A stretch of 64,000 nucleotides of DNA. Source: Rhodobiaceae bacterium UBA6963 (GTDB taxonomy: Bacteria > Pseudomonadota > Alphaproteobacteria > RS24). Both the position numbers and the translations under genes were made by a program. The DNA lies in assembly GCA_002450335.1 (NCBI GenBank), contig DJZB01000063.1:1971-65970 (forward strand), in the 5' to 3' direction. The notes beneath the pieces were generated by a model. That model was not told the origin of the DNA. It saw only the letters and a program-made list of their open reading frames with translations, and did not search any database. Below are positions 21,568 through 30,612 of the stretch, in pieces. The stretch's first letter is position 1, and each line of letters opens with the position of its first letter.

Positions 21568-23091
21568 ATGTCACAGGATAAACCCAGCCCCCTATTCCCA
21601 ATTCCAGTCTCAGATTTAGTGCCAAATACCCCAGAATTTGAGAACACTCCACAAATCACGCCCACCGGTTTTAGAGAATATGATGCGCGCTGGCTTTTTC
21701 CTACAGAAATCAATTTATCAGGCATTCAAGCCCTTGGCTTCGGTCTTGGTAACGTATTGCACGAGCTATCCGACAACCCATCACTTGTAGTCGGGCATGA
21801 CTACCGCTCCTACTCACAATCAATCAAATTAGCTCTGATTACTGGCCTAATGACAGCAGGGGCAAAGGTTCATGATATTGGTCTTGCGCTTTCCCCGACG
21901 GCATATTTTGCACAATATGAGTTGGATGTCCCCGGTGTTGCTATGGTCACGGCCAGTCATAATGAAAATGGCTGGACAGGTGTCAAAATGGGCGCCAACC
22001 GCCCGCTAACATTTGGCCCAGACGAAATGACAATGTTGCGCGATATAGTCCTAAACGGCACTGGTGTTTCTCGCGATGGGGGAAGCTATGTATTTGTTCC
22101 GGATATGGCAGAACGCTACATGGCTGATTTAACCAAGCGTCCGGCATTCAAAAGAAAAATTAAAGCCGTTCTGGCATGTGGCAACGGCACCGCAGGGGTA
22201 TTCGCAACCAAGACACTTTCAGCTCTAGGTATTGAAACTGTAGATTTGCATTGCGAACCGGATTTTACATTTCCGAACCACAACCCAAATCCGGAAGATA
22301 TGGAAATGCTGCATTCTTTGAGTGCTAAAGTAAAAGAAACCGGTGCGGATATTGGTTTTGCCTTTGACGGTGACGGTGACCGTTGCGGCGTCGTGGATAA
22401 TCAAGGGCGAGAAATTTTTGCCGACAAAATGGGTGTGCTTGTTGCCAGAGACCTTGCAGCAAAACATCCAAATGCAAAATTTGTTGCTGACGTAAAATCA
22501 ACAGGCCTGTTTATGACAGACCCTGTGCTGAACGAACTCGGCGCTGAAACAGTTTACTGGAAAACGGGTCATAGTTATATGAAACGTCATACGGTGGAGA
22601 CAGGTGCGATGGCTGGATTTGAAAAAAGCGGTCACTTCTTTTTTAATGCACCAATTGGACGGGGCTATGATGACGGGCTGGTGACGGCAATTACAGTTTG
22701 CGAAATGTTGGAACAAAATCCCGGCAAAAGCATGGCGGACTTAAATGACAGCCTACCTCAAAGCTGGGGCTCCCCTACCATGTCGCCCTATTGTGCCGAC
22801 ACAGAAAAATACGAGGTCGTTGACCGCGCCATTGCGCATTTTCAAAAACGTGCCGAAGAAGGCGAAAAAGTTGCAGGACAATCAATCCGCGACTTGGTAA
22901 CGGTTAATGGCATCCGGATAACTGTTGAGGATGGGACATGGGGGTTGGTTCGCGCTTCTTCAAACAAGCCGGGCCTTGTCGTAGTTGTAGAGAGCCCCGT
23001 TTCTGAAAATCGCATGCGAGATATGTTTGCAGAAATAGATAATTTGCTTTCCTCCTGGCCTGAGGTTGGTGAGTATGACCAGAAGCTTTAA
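21568..23091 (+). CDS. phosphomannomutase/phosphoglucomutase
   Basis: Active-site TASHNENGWTG, Mg-site FAFDGDGDRCGVVD, and GFEKSGH. ATG at 21568 follows AGAGGA; the ORF-track ATG 21544 has no RBS. Confidence 0.9.
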   Translation: MSQDKPSPLFPIPVSDLVPNTPEFENTPQITPTGFREYDARWLFPTEINLSGIQALGFGLGNVLHELSDNPSLVVGHDYRSYSQSIKLALITGLMTAGAKVHDIGLALSPTAYFAQYELDVPGVAMVTASHNENGWTGVKMGANRPLTFGPDEMTMLRDIVLNGTGVSRDGGSYVFVPDMAERYMADLTKRPAFKRKIKAVLACGNGTAGVFATKTLSALGIETVDLHCEPDFTFPNHNPNPEDMEMLHSLSAKVKETGADIGFAFDGDGDRCGVVDNQGREIFADKMGVLVARDLAAKHPNAKFVADVKSTGLFMTDPVLNELGAETVYWKTGHSYMKRHTVETGAMAGFEKSGHFFFNAPIGRGYDDGLVTAITVCEMLEQNPGKSMADLNDSLPQSWGSPTMSPYCADTEKYEVVDRAIAHFQKRAEEGEKVAGQSIRDLVTVNGIRITVEDGTWGLVRASSNKPGLVVVVESPVSENRMRDMFAEIDNLLSSWPEVGEYDQKL

Positions 23092-23093
23092 GC

Positions 23094-23909
23094 TTAAAAC
23101 ACCGACCACAAAATACGTGCCGATGCCAGAAACAGGAAAAAGATAAAAATCTTCTCGAGTTTTTCCCGGTCAATCTTATGTGCCATTCGCGCTCCCATTG
23201 GAGCGGTGAGCGTTGTAACAGGAATAAGCAGCAAAACAGCGAGCCAGTTTACATAACCCAGAAAATATGGGGCAAGACCCTCTTTACCCCAGCCTGAAAC
23301 GACAAAACCTAGACTACCTGGTAGTGCTATAAAAACACCAAGCACTGCTGCCGTACCGACCGCTTTATGAATTGGACGGCCAAACAAACGCATGATGGTC
23401 ACAGAAAATGCTCCACCACCAATGCCCATTAATGCCGAGAAAAATCCGATGATTAAAGCGACCCCGCGTTGCAACCAGAGAGCAGGCATCTCGCCATCCA
23501 GCGAGTCGTCAACTTTGTTGAACATCATATTCAAGGCAATAAGGGAGGTCAGAATGGCGAAGATTATTTTTAATACCTCAGCGTTGAAATAACCCGCTAA
23601 TAGTGCGCCGGAAACAACGCCTGTTATCAAAAACGGCACCCATTGGCGCACGACTGTCATATCAACGGCATCATTCTTATAATGAATGCGCCCCGACTGA
23701 ATGGATGTCAGCACAATAATTGTCAAAGAGGTTGCGACAGCAGCATGCATTTGATGTGCTTCATCAAGGCCGAGAAAAATAAAGGTCTGGAACAGTACCG
23801 GCACAAGAATAGCTCCACCACCAATACCCAAAAGACCCGCCATGTATCCGGCGACAGAGCCAGCAAGAACAAAAAGGGCAATGAGAACCGGCATTTCCAA
23901 TTCAGGCAT
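23094..23909 (-). CDS. sulfite exporter TauE/SafE family membrane protein
   Basis: 271-aa polytopic ORF with duplicated GIGGGA(I/F) segments typical of TauE/SafE. Confidence 0.8.
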   Translation of the reverse strand: MPELEMPVLIALFVLAGSVAGYMAGLLGIGGGAILVPVLFQTFIFLGLDEAHQMHAAVATSLTIIVLTSIQSGRIHYKNDAVDMTVVRQWVPFLITGVVSGALLAGYFNAEVLKIIFAILTSLIALNMMFNKVDDSLDGEMPALWLQRGVALIIGFFSALMGIGGGAFSVTIMRLFGRPIHKAVGTAAVLGVFIALPGSLGFVVSGWGKEGLAPYFLGYVNWLAVLLLIPVTTLTAPMGARMAHKIDREKLEKIFIFFLFLASARILWSVF

Positions 23910-23953
23910 GTTTACATCCTTTATCTTTATATCTTTTGTCTCGGGATTTCATT

Positions 23954-24970
23954 TCAGTCAGCAGCCTGATTTACATCATGGTCGACATCTTGGGTACGCT
24001 GAACCGCGTGTCGCATATATTGGAGTGCCTCGTATAAAACAGAGGCGTCGGCTTCGTTTTTAGGCGCATTCTCACTCAAGTAACGCCGCCATAATCGGCC
24101 TCCGGGTTGAGATTGAAACAACCCCATAAGGTGTCTGGTCAAGGCATGCAGGGGAACCCCCTCAGTGACCAACTTTTCGGCATAAGGTATTAATGCTTCC
24201 ACTACGGCTTCACGGCTTGGCGCAGGTGTATCATCGTTGAAAATCAGGCGGTCCACATCAGCAAGAATATAAGGGGTTTTATAAGCAGTACGCCCCAGCA
24301 TGACGCCGTCAACATGGTGCAAATGCGCCTGTGCCTCTGGCAATGTATCAATGCCGCCATTCAAAATAATCGTTAAATCCTGACGTGACTTCTTCAATGC
24401 ATAAACAAGGTCATAATTAAGCGGTGGAATATCGCGGTTTTGCTTAGGGCTTAAACCATCAAGCCAAGCTTTTCTGGCATGCACGATGAACACCTCACAC
24501 CCGGCTTGCGCAGATAATTCTACCAAACGGAAAAGTGCTTCCTCAGGGTCTTGGTCATCAACGCCGATGCGAGATTTAACGGTAACAGGAATTTTAACAT
24601 TCACACGCATAGCTGACACACATTCAGCAACAAGTTCCGGCTCCTGCATCAGGCACGCACCAAATCGGCCGGCTTGCACTCTGTCGGACGGGCAACCGAC
24701 ATTGAGGTTGATTTCATCATAACCAAAATCTTCACCAATCTTGGCTGCTTCTGCCAACGTCGAAGCGTCGCTACCACCTAACTGGAGGGCAACAGGGTGT
24801 TCAGTAGCGTTAAAGGACAAGAGATGTGCACGGTCGCCATGGCGTACCGCATCTGCCGTAACCATTTCTGAATAAAGCCGAGACCTTTTAGACAAAAGCC
24901 GCAAAAAATAGCGGTCGTGCCTATCCGTCCAATCCATCATTGGCGCTATACAAAATCGATGCGTGCTCAT
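23954..24970 (-). CDS. dusA: tRNA dihydrouridine(20/20a) synthase DusA
   Basis: FCIAPMMDWTDRHDRYFLR, EINLNVGCPS and VKSRIG motifs. First ATG at 24970; the track start 24988 is TTG. Confidence 0.9.
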   Translation of the reverse strand: MSTHRFCIAPMMDWTDRHDRYFLRLLSKRSRLYSEMVTADAVRHGDRAHLLSFNATEHPVALQLGGSDASTLAEAAKIGEDFGYDEINLNVGCPSDRVQAGRFGACLMQEPELVAECVSAMRVNVKIPVTVKSRIGVDDQDPEEALFRLVELSAQAGCEVFIVHARKAWLDGLSPKQNRDIPPLNYDLVYALKKSRQDLTIILNGGIDTLPEAQAHLHHVDGVMLGRTAYKTPYILADVDRLIFNDDTPAPSREAVVEALIPYAEKLVTEGVPLHALTRHLMGLFQSQPGGRLWRRYLSENAPKNEADASVLYEALQYMRHAVQRTQDVDHDVNQAAD

Positions 24971-25012
24971 GTGATAGATATGGCTCAAATAGTTTAAGAT
25001 GTCTTGAAAAAA

Positions 25013-27958
25013 TTAGTCAGATAGCTGACCAAACATCCGAACAAAAATATCGCGTACAGATTTTTGATGCTCACTCAGCGCTTGTTCCAAATGAGCCATA
25101 TCTGGAAGTGCAGAGCTTTGACACAACAACAAATTTAACGACTGAGAAAATGGTGGGACTGCCGGAGTATCGAGGCATAATCGGAAAATCTGTAACAGAC
25201 CTGAATACACCGACAAGGCCTCAATGAGTCGAGTCTTATCATCAGGCGATAAAATATGCTCCGCGCCTAGCAATTCAAGATTAGATTGGGTGGAGGTGCA
25301 AATGCGTTCAGCAAGTGCTTCGCCATGCATTAGACAGAGACCTTGAGCAATAAATTCAATATCAACCAGCCCCCCCGGGGCATGTTTGATATCCCATTTG
25401 GCATCACCTTTTTTGATATGATGCGCCTCAAGCCGTTTTTTCATATCTGCAATGTTGTACCGCGACTCATCAGGATCACGTGTCATCTGGAAAACTTTTT
25501 TCTGTAAGGCCTGAATCTGATTTGTCAGATTTTTCCCACCTGCCAGCACCCGCCCCCGTGTCAGTGCCATGTGCTCCCAAAGCCATGCATTTGAAAATTG
25601 GTAATCCTCAAAATTTTTAAATTTCGTAACGAGTGGACCCGCATTTCCCGTTGGGCGCAAACGCATATCTATATCAAAAAGATAACCTTCAGAGGTTGGA
25701 GCCGTCATGGCAGAAATGAAACGTCTTGCGGCACGGCTAAAAAAAACTTCCATGGAGGATGATGCCGTATAAGTCACTTCCTGCGCATAGTCTTCTGCTG
25801 CGCAAACAATAATAAGGTCAAGGTCAGAGGATACGGTCATTTCGCGGCTACCTAGTTTACCCAGCCCCAAAACCGCCATTTCTGAACCGTCTGGGAGCGT
25901 GACGTCCCCCAGTAAATCTTTCATTACAAAATCAAAAATAACACGAGTGCTCGCATCGGCAACTTTAGTGATGTCTTCACCTGCGGTATGGCCGGTCAAT
26001 TTACCTGATAAAATTTGCGTGCCAATCCTGAAGATATTTTCCCTATGCCAGCGTCTTGTTGCATCCAGCATATCTTCAAAATGAGTTATGCCGGACATAT
26101 AGCTTTGGAGTTCTTGTAAAACCTCATCAGCATCCGACAGAGGCTGATTGAAATTGGGATCAAGAAGACTGTCCAATGTGACGGGGCGACGGCTTAATTG
26201 CGCGGACAGGCGCGGCGCTGTCCCAACAATGTCGGTAATAAGATTAAGCAGATCAGGGTTGGATTGAAAAAGAGAAAAAATTTGTATGCCTGAAGGTAGA
26301 CCAGTCAGAAAATCATTAAACCGTGCAAAAGCAAAATCCGGATCAGGTGTCTGTGACAGGCTTTTTAGGAGACGGGGCTTTATTCTGGTCAATAATTCTC
26401 GGGCACGGGGTGTGCGAACAGCAGCAAATCTCCCACTATGCCACCCTCTGATTTCATCAGACATTTGCGCCGCCCTTGCAAAGCCCATCTGGGAAAGCGT
26501 TTCTAAAGTTTCAGGATCATTCTCACTGCCGACAAAAACAAGATTGCCCATTTCATCCGCAAGCACTTCACCTTGCTCAAACAACTCTGCATAATGAGTT
26601 TGAACGGTTTTCAGAACTTCAGTCAGTCGGCTCCTAAAATCATCAAGCGTTTCATAGCCGCAGAAATCTGAAAATATCTGTAATTTTTCCTCAGTTTTAG
26701 GGAGCGTGTGAGTTTGCTCATCCTGCTGCATTTGCAAACGATGTTCTATGCCGCGCAGAAAATGGTAAGCTGTCGTCAATTCATCTACAGTTTCGGTTTT
26801 TATCCAGCCGCGCTCTGCCAGTTGTTTAAGCATGGGGCATGTTTGAGACCCGCGGAGGCTTTTGTCTCGTCCCCCGGCAATAAGTTGCTGGGTCTGCACA
26901 AAGAACTCAATCTCTCTAATGCCACCTCTTCCTAACTTAATATTGTGACCTGCCACAGCGATTTGACCATGTCCCCTAACCGCATGAATTTGTCGCTTCA
27001 TTGCATGAACGTCTTCAATAGCGGCGAAATCCAAATTCTTTCGCCAAATGAAGGGAGACAATATGGCCAGCAATTTGTCGCCCGTCCTCTTATCCCCGGC
27101 AATCTGACGCGCCTTTATAAAAGCCGCCCGCTCCCAGTTCTGGCCGAAGGACTCGTAATATGTTTCTGCTGCTGGAATGGACACGGCAACCGGGGTAGAA
27201 CCCGGGTCTGGGCGTAACCTCAAATCAACTCGAAACACAAAACCTGCATCTGTGGTGAATTGCAAAATAGTGGACAAATCTCTGGTCAAGTCTATCCAAA
27301 ACTCAGCAAGCTTGTGGCTGTCGAGTGATACAATTCCATCAGGTTCGTAAAAAACGACAATATCGATATCTGATGAATAATTCAGTTCACGTGCACCATA
27401 CTTCCCCATCCCTAAAACAACGCACTGACATTGGTCGCCTGTGGGAGGAATATCCAAGCCATATTGGGCAGACTTGTTTTTAAGCAACCAATCCAAACTA
27501 ATCCTGACAGATGCATCTGCAAAATCTGTTAGGGTTCCGGTTACCTCTTCCAGTGACCAAAGCCCCGCAATATCCGCCATTGCCGTTGCCAGAGAAATGC
27601 TTTGCCTGTAGAGACGCAAATCCCGCATTAATCCATCACGATCGCAGGACAAATCCTGATCAAATATAAGAGTTAATATTTTTTCACAAAAGACATCCGG
27701 CCCATCCTCAGCAAGTTCTATAAGAAGGTTCGGACGGGTTCGAATAATGCGTGTTAAGAATGAGGAACCTGCAAAAATCTGAAGAAACAAATCTTCATGG
27801 TCATTCACAAATGCAATAATAGCTGATTGCGCTTCTGCAGATAATTCGGCAATCCATATCGATTTACAATCTTCAAGATGACTGTGCGCGACCCTATTGG
27901 CCTCGTTATCCCCGCGCTTCACATTAATTTTTTTTCGGTCTGAAAAACTTCTTGTCAT
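25013..27958 (-). CDS. glnE: bifunctional [glutamine synthetase] adenylyltransferase / adenylyl-removing enzyme GlnE
   Basis: 981 aa with duplicated nucleotidyltransferase halves (GMGKYGARELNYSSDIDIV and GLGKLGSREMTVSSDLDLI). Its ATG overlaps the stop of the upstream histidine kinase. Confidence 0.93.
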   Translation of the reverse strand: MTRSFSDRKKINVKRGDNEANRVAHSHLEDCKSIWIAELSAEAQSAIIAFVNDHEDLFLQIFAGSSFLTRIIRTRPNLLIELAEDGPDVFCEKILTLIFDQDLSCDRDGLMRDLRLYRQSISLATAMADIAGLWSLEEVTGTLTDFADASVRISLDWLLKNKSAQYGLDIPPTGDQCQCVVLGMGKYGARELNYSSDIDIVVFYEPDGIVSLDSHKLAEFWIDLTRDLSTILQFTTDAGFVFRVDLRLRPDPGSTPVAVSIPAAETYYESFGQNWERAAFIKARQIAGDKRTGDKLLAILSPFIWRKNLDFAAIEDVHAMKRQIHAVRGHGQIAVAGHNIKLGRGGIREIEFFVQTQQLIAGGRDKSLRGSQTCPMLKQLAERGWIKTETVDELTTAYHFLRGIEHRLQMQQDEQTHTLPKTEEKLQIFSDFCGYETLDDFRSRLTEVLKTVQTHYAELFEQGEVLADEMGNLVFVGSENDPETLETLSQMGFARAAQMSDEIRGWHSGRFAAVRTPRARELLTRIKPRLLKSLSQTPDPDFAFARFNDFLTGLPSGIQIFSLFQSNPDLLNLITDIVGTAPRLSAQLSRRPVTLDSLLDPNFNQPLSDADEVLQELQSYMSGITHFEDMLDATRRWHRENIFRIGTQILSGKLTGHTAGEDITKVADASTRVIFDFVMKDLLGDVTLPDGSEMAVLGLGKLGSREMTVSSDLDLIIVCAAEDYAQEVTYTASSSMEVFFSRAARRFISAMTAPTSEGYLFDIDMRLRPTGNAGPLVTKFKNFEDYQFSNAWLWEHMALTRGRVLAGGKNLTNQIQALQKKVFQMTRDPDESRYNIADMKKRLEAHHIKKGDAKWDIKHAPGGLVDIEFIAQGLCLMHGEALAERICTSTQSNLELLGAEHILSPDDKTRLIEALSVYSGLLQIFRLCLDTPAVPPFSQSLNLLLCQSSALPDMAHLEQALSEHQKSVRDIFVRMFGQLSD

Positions 27959-29334
27959 GTGTCCAATGGTAGCACAATTTCAGCTTTCAGCCCTTGAGGG
28001 AAATTTTGTTGAAGACGAAGCTTACCGCCGTGACGTTGAGCAATTGCTGATACGAGCGACAAACCCAAACCACTCCCCGGTCTATTTCGACTGGCATCCA
28101 GCCTGACAAAGCGTTCAGTCACTCGTGACATGTCTGACGGTGGAATGCCAGGGCCATTATCTGCCACATAAATAATAAACATGTTGTTCAATTTTGTTAA
28201 ACCGACCGAAATAATCTGCTCATCTGAATGACCATATTTAAAAGCGTTATCTATTAAATTAATGAGGGCTTGTGACAAAAGAGGCCGCGCGGCTTTTGTG
28301 AAAAATGGCGTTTCGGGCAAATCCAAATCAAAGCGAGCACCAATTTCCTCACCTGCAGGCTCCATAAATTCAACTGCCTGCTTGATAATATCCACAACAT
28401 CCAGCATTTCTTTCTGGATATCCCGTGCTCCAGCCTCAAGTTGTGCCACTGATAACAACGCATTAAAAACAGCTAGAAGTTCATCTGCCTCTTCTATCGT
28501 TTCCTGAATAACTTTTTTATAATCCTCAGTAGTGGCAGGTTTCATCAAGGTAACTTCAAGTCTGTTACGAATTCTATTTATGGGACTCCGTAAATCATGA
28601 GCAATGTTATCTGTCACATCGCGCATACCATCCATCAAACTTTCAATCCGGCTTAACATTTTATTGAGATTAATACCTAATCGGTCGATTTCATCTCCAC
28701 TGCCTGTAACCGGAATTCGACGAGATAAATCCCCTGCCATAATATCTGAACTTGTGCGGTTAATGCTGTCTATCCGTCGGGTAAAATTGCGACTGATAAT
28801 AACACCACCAACCAAACCGAACAGAATTGTCATGCCTAGTCCATAAATCATTGCGTTTAAAATAACCGCACTGAATTTGTGGAACTCCTCAACATCACGT
28901 CCGACCAACAGGAAAAACCCCTGCGGCAAGGTGAATGTCTTTGCCCGTGCCGCATGCTTTTCCTCAAAATTATTGGTAATACGAACGAATTCAAACTCCT
29001 GCCAATCTTCTCCAGCATCTTTCATATCAGGAATTTTATTAAGGTTACCGGCCATAGGTCGGCCTTCTGGGTCAATTAAAAGATAAATCGACAGGCGTGG
29101 GTCGCGGCTTAGTACCGCAACGCGCCTTGCAAGACTGGGAATGCCACCTTCCTTAAATCTTTGTGACAGGTCTTCAATATCAGCTTCAATCGCCGTATCG
29201 GTTTGATTGGAGATGAGGCTGACCGTGTTCCAGAAAAGATAAGCATAGAGAGAAGATGTCGATAACAAGAATATCGATAAATATAGCAAAGCCGCGCGAA
29301 AAGTTGTTGTCCTGAGAAGCTTAGTCTGGAACAC
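27955..29334 (-). CDS. sensor histidine kinase (2 TM, HAMP, HisKA, HATPase); FeuQ-like by synteny
   Basis: H-box HDLRSPINRI, N box LINLIDNAFKYG, and G boxes DNGPGIP and GSGLGLSLV. Overlaps the response regulator by 14 nt. Confidence 0.9.
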   Translation of the reverse strand: MFQTKLLRTTTFRAALLYLSIFLLSTSSLYAYLFWNTVSLISNQTDTAIEADIEDLSQRFKEGGIPSLARRVAVLSRDPRLSIYLLIDPEGRPMAGNLNKIPDMKDAGEDWQEFEFVRITNNFEEKHAARAKTFTLPQGFFLLVGRDVEEFHKFSAVILNAMIYGLGMTILFGLVGGVIISRNFTRRIDSINRTSSDIMAGDLSRRIPVTGSGDEIDRLGINLNKMLSRIESLMDGMRDVTDNIAHDLRSPINRIRNRLEVTLMKPATTEDYKKVIQETIEEADELLAVFNALLSVAQLEAGARDIQKEMLDVVDIIKQAVEFMEPAGEEIGARFDLDLPETPFFTKAARPLLSQALINLIDNAFKYGHSDEQIISVGLTKLNNMFIIYVADNGPGIPPSDMSRVTERFVRLDASRNRPGSGLGLSLVSAIAQRHGGKLRLQQNFPQGLKAEIVLPLDT

Positions 29335-29998
29335 GTAAAGAGTACCCCGCCCCTCTTATTGTGTGCACTAGAGGCGGATCAAAATCCTTATCAATTTTTG
29401 ACCTCAAACGAGAAATGTGAACATCAATAACATTGGTCTGAGGGTCAAAATGATATTCCCAGACATTTTCAAGCAACATGGTCCGAGTTACAACGCGGCC
29501 TGCATTTCGCAACAAATATTCCAGCAATTTAAATTCACGAGGCTGGAGATCTATGGCTTTATCATGGCGCGCCACCCGGCGAGTCAGAAGATTCATTTCT
29601 AAATCCTCAAATTTCAAAGTTGTTTCAGCTACCTGACCTGAGCCGCGCTTCACGAGCACTTCAATTCTGGCTAATAATTCAGAAAAGGCAAATGGCTTAC
29701 TGAGGTAATCATCTCCACCTGATTTAAGCCCCATAACCTTATCATCTACATCTCCCAATGCAGATAAAAACAAAACAGGCGTTGTGATGTGATTTTGGCG
29801 AAGCTTCTTAACTAAAGTAAGTCCATCAAGAACGGGAAGCATGCGGTCGACAATTAAAACGTCAAATTTGCCGACAAGGGCAATTTCATAACCTTCTTCA
29901 CCATCAGCCGCGTGGTCAACAACATGACCGCTTTCCTGTAGGCCTTTAATGACATACTTCGAAGCTTCTTTATCGTCTTCAATTAATAAAATATGCAT
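29321..29998 (-). CDS. OmpR-family response regulator; FeuP-like by synteny
   Basis: Receiver domain (ILLIEDD, DVLIVDRMLPVLDG) plus a winged-helix output domain (RTMLLENVWEYHF...IRGAGYSL). Confidence 0.92.
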   Translation of the reverse strand: MHILLIEDDKEASKYVIKGLQESGHVVDHAADGEEGYEIALVGKFDVLIVDRMLPVLDGLTLVKKLRQNHITTPVLFLSALGDVDDKVMGLKSGGDDYLSKPFAFSELLARIEVLVKRGSGQVAETTLKFEDLEMNLLTRRVARHDKAIDLQPREFKLLEYLLRNAGRVVTRTMLLENVWEYHFDPQTNVIDVHISRLRSKIDKDFDPPLVHTIRGAGYSLRVPD

Positions 29999-30018
29999 CT
30001 ACATACCTTAAACAAATT

Positions 30019-30061
30019 GGCGGCGATGAGAAAGGAGGGGAGGAAACTTTCTATCGCCGCC
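30019..30061 (-). terminator. long hairpin between ccmH and the response regulator gene (candidate terminator or attenuating structure)
   Basis: GGCGGCGAT...ATCGCCGCC outer stem (9 bp) plus AGAAAG/CTTTCT inner stem, followed on the minus strand by AATTTGTTTAAGG and then the RR start codon. Confidence 0.4.
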
Positions 30062-30162
30062 GAAACGCAAATGGACTTTGGGAGAATCAATTGCGTAATC
30101 TCAAGCTACAGAATGCCTCATAAACGCTATGTTACGAGGAGATTAATTAATTTTAATGTTTA

Positions 30163-30612
30163 TTAATTTTTGGGAGCATTGCGGAAGAAAGACCGCATCA
30201 AGAAAAAACCTGCCAAGACCAGAAGAAAAGGGAGACCCCATAAGGGTGCATTTTTAATATCAAAGCGTGGTTTCAATAAAGCAAATTCACCATATCTATC
30301 CTCAATGAAATCAAGAATTTCAGCGTCGGTTTTCCCGGACTGAATTTGCGCGCGAATTAAATTCCGCAGGTCTGCCGCTAGTGGGGCATCACTATCGTCA
30401 ATTGATTGATTTTGACAGACCATGCATCTGAGTTCCACAGACAAGCTTCTTGCGCGCTCTTCCAATGCATCGTCTTTAAAGGCCTCTCCGGGACTAATGG
30501 CCAAAGCAGGAGAGACATATAGAAAAAAAGAAAGTATCAGGAAATTTATTTTTTTTGATGCCACTCTGATGGTCATTTGATATCTCGCCATTTGTCGACT
30601 AAACGCTATCAT
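30163..30612 (-). CDS. ccmH: cytochrome c-type biogenesis protein CcmH (CycL)
   Basis: LRCMVCQNQSIDDSDAPLAADLR CXXC motif and a C-terminal TM. Alternative in-frame ATGs at 30591 and 30576. Confidence 0.9.
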   Translation of the reverse strand: MIAFSRQMARYQMTIRVASKKINFLILSFFLYVSPALAISPGEAFKDDALEERARSLSVELRCMVCQNQSIDDSDAPLAADLRNLIRAQIQSGKTDAEILDFIEDRYGEFALLKPRFDIKNAPLWGLPFLLVLAGFFLMRSFFRNAPKN

